Origin: the human T2T-CHM13v2.0 reference genome, Homo sapiens
Direction: 5' to 3' (one strand)
NCBI RefSeq assembly: GCF_009914755.1
Contig: NC_060933.1
DNA length: 64,000 nucleotides
Below the pieces are notes generated by a model. It had not been told where the DNA came from and made no database searches. It saw only the letters and a program-made list of their open reading frames with translations. Made by a program: the position numbers and the translations under genes. Shown piece by piece: positions 56,809 to 64,000 of the stretch (position 1 is the first letter of the stretch; every line of letters starts with the position of its first letter).

Positions 56809-58693
56809 CTCCTTTTTAATTTCTGATTTTGTTTATTTGGGTCTTCTCTCTTCTCGGTTATCCTAGCTAGAAGCTTATCAATTTTTTCTATCTTTTCTAA
56901 AACTTTTTGTTTCATTGTTCCTTTGTAATTTTTAGACTCTTTCATTTAGTTCTGCTCTGATCTTTATTTCTTTTCTTCTGTTTTGGTTTTCTTTATTTTT
57001 GCTTTTTTGCTTGAAGTGGATTGTTAGGTTGTTAAATTGTAATCTTTCTACTTTTTAAATGTAGGTAATTGTTGTTATAAGCTTTCCACTTAGCACTGAT
57101 TAGCTGTATCCCACAGGTGTTGTTTCCATTTTGTTTTAAGAATTTTTTTGTTGATTTTCATAATTTCTTCATTTACCCAGTGGTCATTCATGAGCATGCT
57201 GTTTAATTTCCGTGTATTTGTATAGCCATCTTAAAATTGATTAGATAATTCCATTGTATTGTCAGCTCATAATTTGTTTAGACATTAACAGGTTGATAGA
57301 CATTTGCATTATTTCATTTTGAGGATATTGGGAATAAAACTGCCATGCACATAAATGCATAAGTCATTCTATAAACATATATTTACATTTCTCTTGAGTA
57401 AATATCCAGATGTGGAATTACTAAATCTCATAGTAAAAGTTTGCTAAAATTGATAAGAAACTCTTAAGCTGCCCAAAAATGATTGTCGCATTATGCTTTC
57501 TCACCAACAACATAGAATAAACTTTAATTTCTCCATCTCTCTCAGAATACTTGCTGTTGTCAATTTTTTAAATGTTAGTTTTTCTAATGGATGTGAACTA
57601 CAACACAGTGCAGCTTTTATTTGTATTTTCCTAGTGACAATTATGTTGAACACATTTTTACATGCTTATTTACCATTCACATATAGAGTGACCATTCAAA
57701 TCTCTTACCCAAATTTTTTAGTTGTCTGTCTTACTATTGAGTTATAAGAGTTTTTATAGATTATAAATACAAGTATTTTGTAGGATATATATTTTGCAAA
57801 CATATCCATGTGTATGTACATAAAGAGTTCGCAATTTTATTTTCTTGATACTATCAAAGAGCAAAATTTATTAATTTTGGCAAGATATAATTTCTCCTTT
57901 ATATGTCATACTGTTTATGTCTTATTTTAAGAAATATTTGCCTAACCCTAAGTTTTACTGTTCATCTCCTACCTACTTTTTCTTCTAGAAGTTTTATTGT
58001 TTTAGCTCTTTTATTTAGAGTCTCTGATCCATTTTGACATATTGTATGAGGTGAAGGTCAATGTTATTAGTTTTTAAAATATGGAGGTACCATCATTCTA
58101 ATACAATTTGTTGAAAAGAATTCCCTTTGCAATAGCACTATTTTGGCACATTTGTCAACCCTCGATATCCAGTATATGTGTAGCTCTGTTTTTGGACTTT
58201 CTGTTTCATTGGTCTATGTATCATTCCAATACCAGCCTGTCTTTTTTTACTGTAGCTTTAGAGTAGACATTGAAATCAGTGTGAATCTTCCAACTTTGTT
58301 CTTCATTTTCTTCGTTTGTATATTCTGGATCACTTGGGTTTCCAATGGATTGCAGCATCAGCTTGCCAATTTTTACAAATCATTTGGACTCTGGTTTCTC
58401 CTCAGATCATATAAATCTTTCACCTTTACGAATAAATCAGTTGGGATTTTGCTTAGAAATGCATTGAATTTATAGGTCAGTTTGGAGAAAATAGACATTT
58501 AGCAATATCAAAACTTATGATCAGGTGAATGATACAGCTCCCCACTTTTAGATCTTATTAATTTGTCTCTGCAATCTTCTACGGTTTTCAGTAAATAGGA
58601 CTTGCACATATTTTATTAAATGTATTCCTGTATCTTGTGTTTGATGCCAGGGTAATGGTATTTTAAAAATTTCATATTCTATTTTTACTAATT

Positions 58694-60415
58694 ATAGGCC
58701 TGTTCAGATTTTTTAATTTCATTATTTATTCACATGGTAGGTTATATTTTTCTAAGAATTTATCCATTTTTTTTAGGTTATCCAATTTGTTGATACATAA
58801 TTGTTCGTAACAGTCTTTTACGATCCTTTGTACTTCTGTGGTATCAGCTGTAATGTCTCATTTCTGATTTCATATCTTTGTGTCTTCTCTTTTTTCATAG
58901 TCTAGCTAAGCACTTGTCAATTTTGCTTAGCTTTTCAAAAAACCACCTTTAGTTGTGCAGATATTTTTAAATGATTTTTTTGTCTCTATTGATATCTGTT
59001 GAAATCTTTATTTCCTTCCTTCTGTCAATTTTAAGCTTATTCTTTTTTAAGTTCCTTGAGGTGTAACATTAGGCAAGTTTCTTGATCTTTTTTGATGTAG
59101 GCATGTAATGCTATAAACTTTCCTCTTGAGCTGCTTTTGCTGTATCCCGTAACTTTTTTGTGATGTTTCAATTTTCATTTGTCTGAAGGGGTTTTTTAAA
59201 TTTCCCTTTTAATTTCTTCTTTGACCCAATAGTTGTTCAGAAACATATTGTTTAATTTCCATGTATTTGTGAATTTTCCATGATCTTCCTATTGTTTTCT
59301 AGTTTCATATCATTCTGATCAAAAAAGATACCTGATATGAATTCCAATTCTAAATTTGTTAAGGCTGGTTTTGTGGCGTAACATATGATCTATGCTGGAG
59401 AATGTTCCATGTGTGCTTGAGAAGAATGTATTATGTTGCTGGATGGAATATTCTGTAGATTACTAGATTCATTTGGTCTAAAGTGTAGTTTAAGTCCTAT
59501 GTTTCTTTACTGATTTTCTGTCTGAATGATCTATTGTTGAAAGTAGAGTATTGAAATCCCACACTATTATTGTGTTGCAATCCACGTCTCCCTTCAGATC
59601 TCTTAATGCTGGCTTTATATGTTTAGGTACTCTAACATTAGGTGTAATATGTAGTTATAATTGTTAATGAAATTATATATATACATATATTTACAATTGT
59701 TATATCTTCATAATGAATTGACACCTTTATCACTATATGACGTTTGTCTCTTTCCATAGTTTTTGACTTAAAGTCTCTCTTGTCTGATATACAGTTACCC
59801 CTGTTCTCTTTTGGTTTCCATTCCCATGGAATAACTTTTTTTGCCCCTTTATTTTCAGTGTATAAGTGTCCTTTAAAGTGAGGTGAGTCTTTTCAGGTAA
59901 CATACAGTTGGTTCTTATTTTTATTAACTCAGCCAATCTATATCTTTAGTTTGAAAAATTTAATCCATTTACATTCAACATAATTATTTATCACTTAAAA
60001 ACTCACTAGTAAAATTTTGGGTCTTTTTATGGTTCTTTTGTAAATCCTTTGTTCCTTCTTCCTCTATTGCTTTTTTCCTTTATGGTTTTATGGTTTTTTA
60101 TAGCGGTATACTTTGATATCTTAAATCTTTTGTGAGTCTACTTTAGGTGTTTGCCTTCTGGTTATCCTGACGCTTACATAAAACATCTTATACTTAAACG
60201 GACTATGTTCAGCTGATGACAGCTTAATTTTGATTACATATACAATTTCTACACTTTTACTTCATCTTCTGCCATGTTTTATGTTTTTATGTCACAATTT
60301 ACATCTTTTTATTTGTATCTGTGAAAAATTGTAGCTATAGTTGTTTTTAATACTTTTGTCTTGTAACCTATACAGATAAAATTGATTTACATATTGCCAT
60401 TACTGTATAAGATAT
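58694..60415 (-). mobile_element. L1M internal fragment (ORF2 5'/endonuclease part and upstream) nested in L1ME
   Basis: ORF 59733-59936 has endonuclease-like THLTLKDTYTLKIKGQKKLFHGNGNQKRTGV. No 3' UTR. Confidence 0.85.
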
Positions 60416-62074
60416 TTGAGGCTAATCTATGGAAATATAATTGAGTTTTATGTATTGGCCTAGTATCCTACAATCTTAATAACCTCACATATCATTTCTA
60501 GGAGGCTTTTCGTAGACTCCTTAAGATTTTGTTCATAGATGATGATATCCTCTGTAAATGAAGACAGTTGTAATTCTTCTTCTCTGGTCTGTGTCTGTTT
60601 ATTCTTCCTTTATTGTGCTGGCCATGATTTACAGTATAATGTTGAATGGAAATCATTAGAGCAGACATTCTTGAATTGCTCTTTATAAGAGGGACAGTGT
60701 TCAGTTTCTTCCCATTAAGTGTAATGTTAACTGTAGGTTATTTTTAGATGTCGTTTTTCATATTGACAAAGCTCCCTTTTATTCCTCATTTGTTAAATTG
60801 TAAAAATCAGGAATAAATATTAAATTTTGTTAAATTCATTTTTTGGCTATTGGGGTGTTCATATGTGTTTCTTTTAAAGATACTTAAAATGAAGAATTAT
60901 ATTTATAGATTTGCAAATGTTAAACTCTCCTTGAATTACTGGGATTAACCTTAATTATTCATAATGTAGTATCCATTTTGTATATTACTGGGTTTAATTT
61001 GCTAAATTTTTGTTAAACATTTTTTGCATCTACGTCCATTATAGATATTGTTTGGTACTTTTCTTTACTTGTAATTTCTTCTTTTGATTTTTGTCAAGGC
61101 GATGCTGGTCTCATCAATGAGTTGGGATGGGTTCCCCACTGTTGTACTTTCTGGAAGAGTTTATATAGAGTTGTCATTATTTATTTTTATGTCTTAGAAA
61201 ATTTTCCAGTGATGACATCTGTGCTTGGAGTTTTCTTATGGAAAGTTTTAAAATTATGGATTCAGTTTTTTAATAGATACAAGGCTTTTCAGATTACCTA
61301 TTTAGAGTTGAGCTTTGGTTGTTTGTGTCTTTCAAAGCATTTGTCAATTTCATCAAGTTATTGGACTTATTTTCATAAAATTGTTCATAGCATTCCCTTT
61401 TTAATATATGTAGGATTTGTAGTGATGTCCTTGTTCTTCCTACTGATATTGGTAATTTCTATCTTCTTTTTTAGGGTAAGGTGGTCTTTAATTTTTATTT
61501 TCTTCACAAAATAATATGTCAGCATTAAAACTTTTTATTTTTACTTTATATAGTCCTATGGAACTGAATATAATTATTTTGTAACCATAAACATTTTCAA
61601 AATCTATCTTTTGAAATAAAATTAATAGAGATTTTCCTATATATGTAAGTTTCTTTAAGATGATTAACAGTCATTGATTTCCAATCCCTATTTAACTGCT
61701 ATTTTCATTTTACAAATGAAGAATTGGTGGTCAGTGTATGAGCCTTGAACTGTTTTGTCCCAAGTTCATGATTTCTCCAAGAAGCAGCAAAACTTTTTTT
61801 GACACTTACAGAATATGTAAAAATAACTTTGATTACTCTCATTTTAGACTAAGGAACATAAGAAATGTGTCCTAGAACATGAAAGAAATCAATGACCAGA
61901 TCAGAAATAGAGCGTATGCTTCATGACCATATTTCTTTTTCATTTTTTAAGACAATAAATAATTTTTCTTTTTTGTGTTAGCATACTGGTTTTGTCTTAA
62001 AATATTTACAGGTCAAATGATTTACATCATATTTTATGTAACAGTCCCTCTTTAAATTTAAGTCTCAAGTTGTA

Positions 62075-62172
62075 TTTTTTAAAACCACATCATTGAGGTA
62101 TAATTGACATACAAAAAGCTGTACATAATTAATGTATACAGTATTTGTTGAATTTGAAGATAAGTATACACT
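62075..62172 (-). mobile_element. L1MA10/L1MB-type 3' terminal fragment
   Basis: attgaggtataattgacatacaaaaagctgtacata...gataagtatacac. Confidence 0.85.
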
Positions 62173-63023
62173 GATTATCTCTTCATTAGTCTTGCTAGAG
62201 GTTTATCTAGTTTATTGATTTTTAGAACAGCTTTTTGATTCATTCTGTGTTGTCTGTTTTGTTTCGAAGTACTGTTTCAGCTGCGTCTGACAAATTTTGA
62301 TATGTTGTGTGTGCCTTTTCATGTAGTTCAACTGTTATTCCCTTTGGTTTCTTCTTTGAGCAAGGGTTATTTAGGTACATGTCATTTAATTTTAAATATA
62401 TTAGGATTTTCATTTTCTTTTCTATTAATGACTTCACATTTAAGTATGTTTTGATCAGATAATATACTGGTATAAAGTTCTTTTAGTTTACTGATACTTG
62501 TGTTATGGCCCAGAATATGGTCTATTTTTGTAAATGTCCTGTGTGTTCTTGAAATAATGTCTTGACAATTACGTATATTGCAAACAGTGTTCAATAAACG
62601 ATGATTATGTTCAAGTCTGCTATGTTTATACTGATTTTATGCCTACTTGTTCTATCAATTATTGAGTCAAAGTGTTTAATTCTCCAGCTATACAGTTTTA
62701 GATTTCTTTCTTCTTTCAGTTTTATCAGTTATGCCTTACTATATTTTAAAATTCTGTTTTTAAGTGAATATACTTTTCAGATTGTTAAGTCTTCTTGATA
62801 CATGACATCTTCATTATTATAAAGTGATCTCTAACACTGGCAATTCTATTTTATTTAAAATTCAGTTTATCTGATAATAACATAACCACTTCATCTTTCC
62901 TTTGTGTTTATATGGTGGTATTCTTTTCATTTTTTTAGTGTTAACATTTGCCTCTCTTTATATTTAAATGGGCTTAATGTAGATAGAATATAATGAGGTC
63001 TTTTTAAAAAAAAAAAAAATCTG

Positions 63024-63447
<424 letters not shown>

Positions 63448-63711
63448 GTCACCTTTGCTCCAGTTCCCAGCAAGTTCCTCATTTCCATCTAAGACCCCCT
63501 CAGCCTGGACTTCATTGTCTATATCACTATCAGCATTTTGGGCAAAGCCATTCAACAAGTCTCTAGGAAGCTCCAAGCATTCCCACATTCTCCTTTCTTC
63601 TTCTGAGCCCTCCAAACTGTTCCAATCCCTGCCTGTTACCCAGTTGCAAAGTTGCTTACACATTTTGGGGTATCTTTGGAGCAGCGCCCCACTCTGCTGG
63701 TACCAATTTAC
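63448..63711 (-). mobile_element. THE1 internal sequence (5' part only)
   Basis: gtcacctttgctccagttccc...ctggtaccaatttac, abutting the LTR. Confidence 0.93.
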
Positions 63712-64000
63712 TATGTTAATCAGTTTTCATGCAGCTGATAAAGACATACCTGAGACTGGGCAATTTACAAAAGAGAGAGGTTTAATGGACTTAGAGTTCC
63801 ACGTGGCTGGGGAGGCCTCACAATCATGGCAGAAGGTGAAAGGCACATCTCACATGGTGGCAGACAGGAGAAGAGAGCTTGTGCAGGGAAACTCCTTGTT
63901 GAAAAACCATCAACTCTCATGAGACTTGTTCACTATCATGAGAACAGCCTGGAAAACCAGCCCGCATGATTCAATAACCTCCCACCAGGTCTTTCCCACA
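63712..64000 (-). mobile_element. THE1 (THE1B-like) 5' LTR, runs off the window
   Basis: ttttcatgcagctgataaagacatacctgagactgggcaatttacaaaagagagagg. Confidence 0.95.

Overview
This is primate (hominoid-type, probably human) non-coding DNA, roughly half of it interspersed repeats: Alu J/S/Y, L1PA/MA/MB/MC/ME, HAL1, L2, L3/CR1, MIR, THE1/MLT/ERVL LTRs, and hAT and TcMar DNA transposons. I found no host protein-coding exon, RNA gene or CRISPR array. The only recognisable intact ORF is the antisense L1 ORF0 (136-363, +), inside the 5' UTR of an L1PA4-like element that enters the window on the minus strand. Nearly all L1 sequence is on the minus strand, which suggests an intron of a plus-strand gene (inference). 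The most notable structures are: a 34-bp near-perfect hairpin in unique DNA (4800-4873); two short dispersed near-perfect duplications (45 bp and 26 bp); an L1PA insertion whose target-site duplication also encloses about 435 bp of foreign Alu/old-L1 sequence at its 5' end; a probable ancient L1 3' transduction (61467-62172); and two closely spaced inverted Alu pairs. I do not see a clearly new biological system. Repeat subfamily names come from my recollection of consensus sequences, and boundaries of old repeats are approximate (about +/-30 bp).
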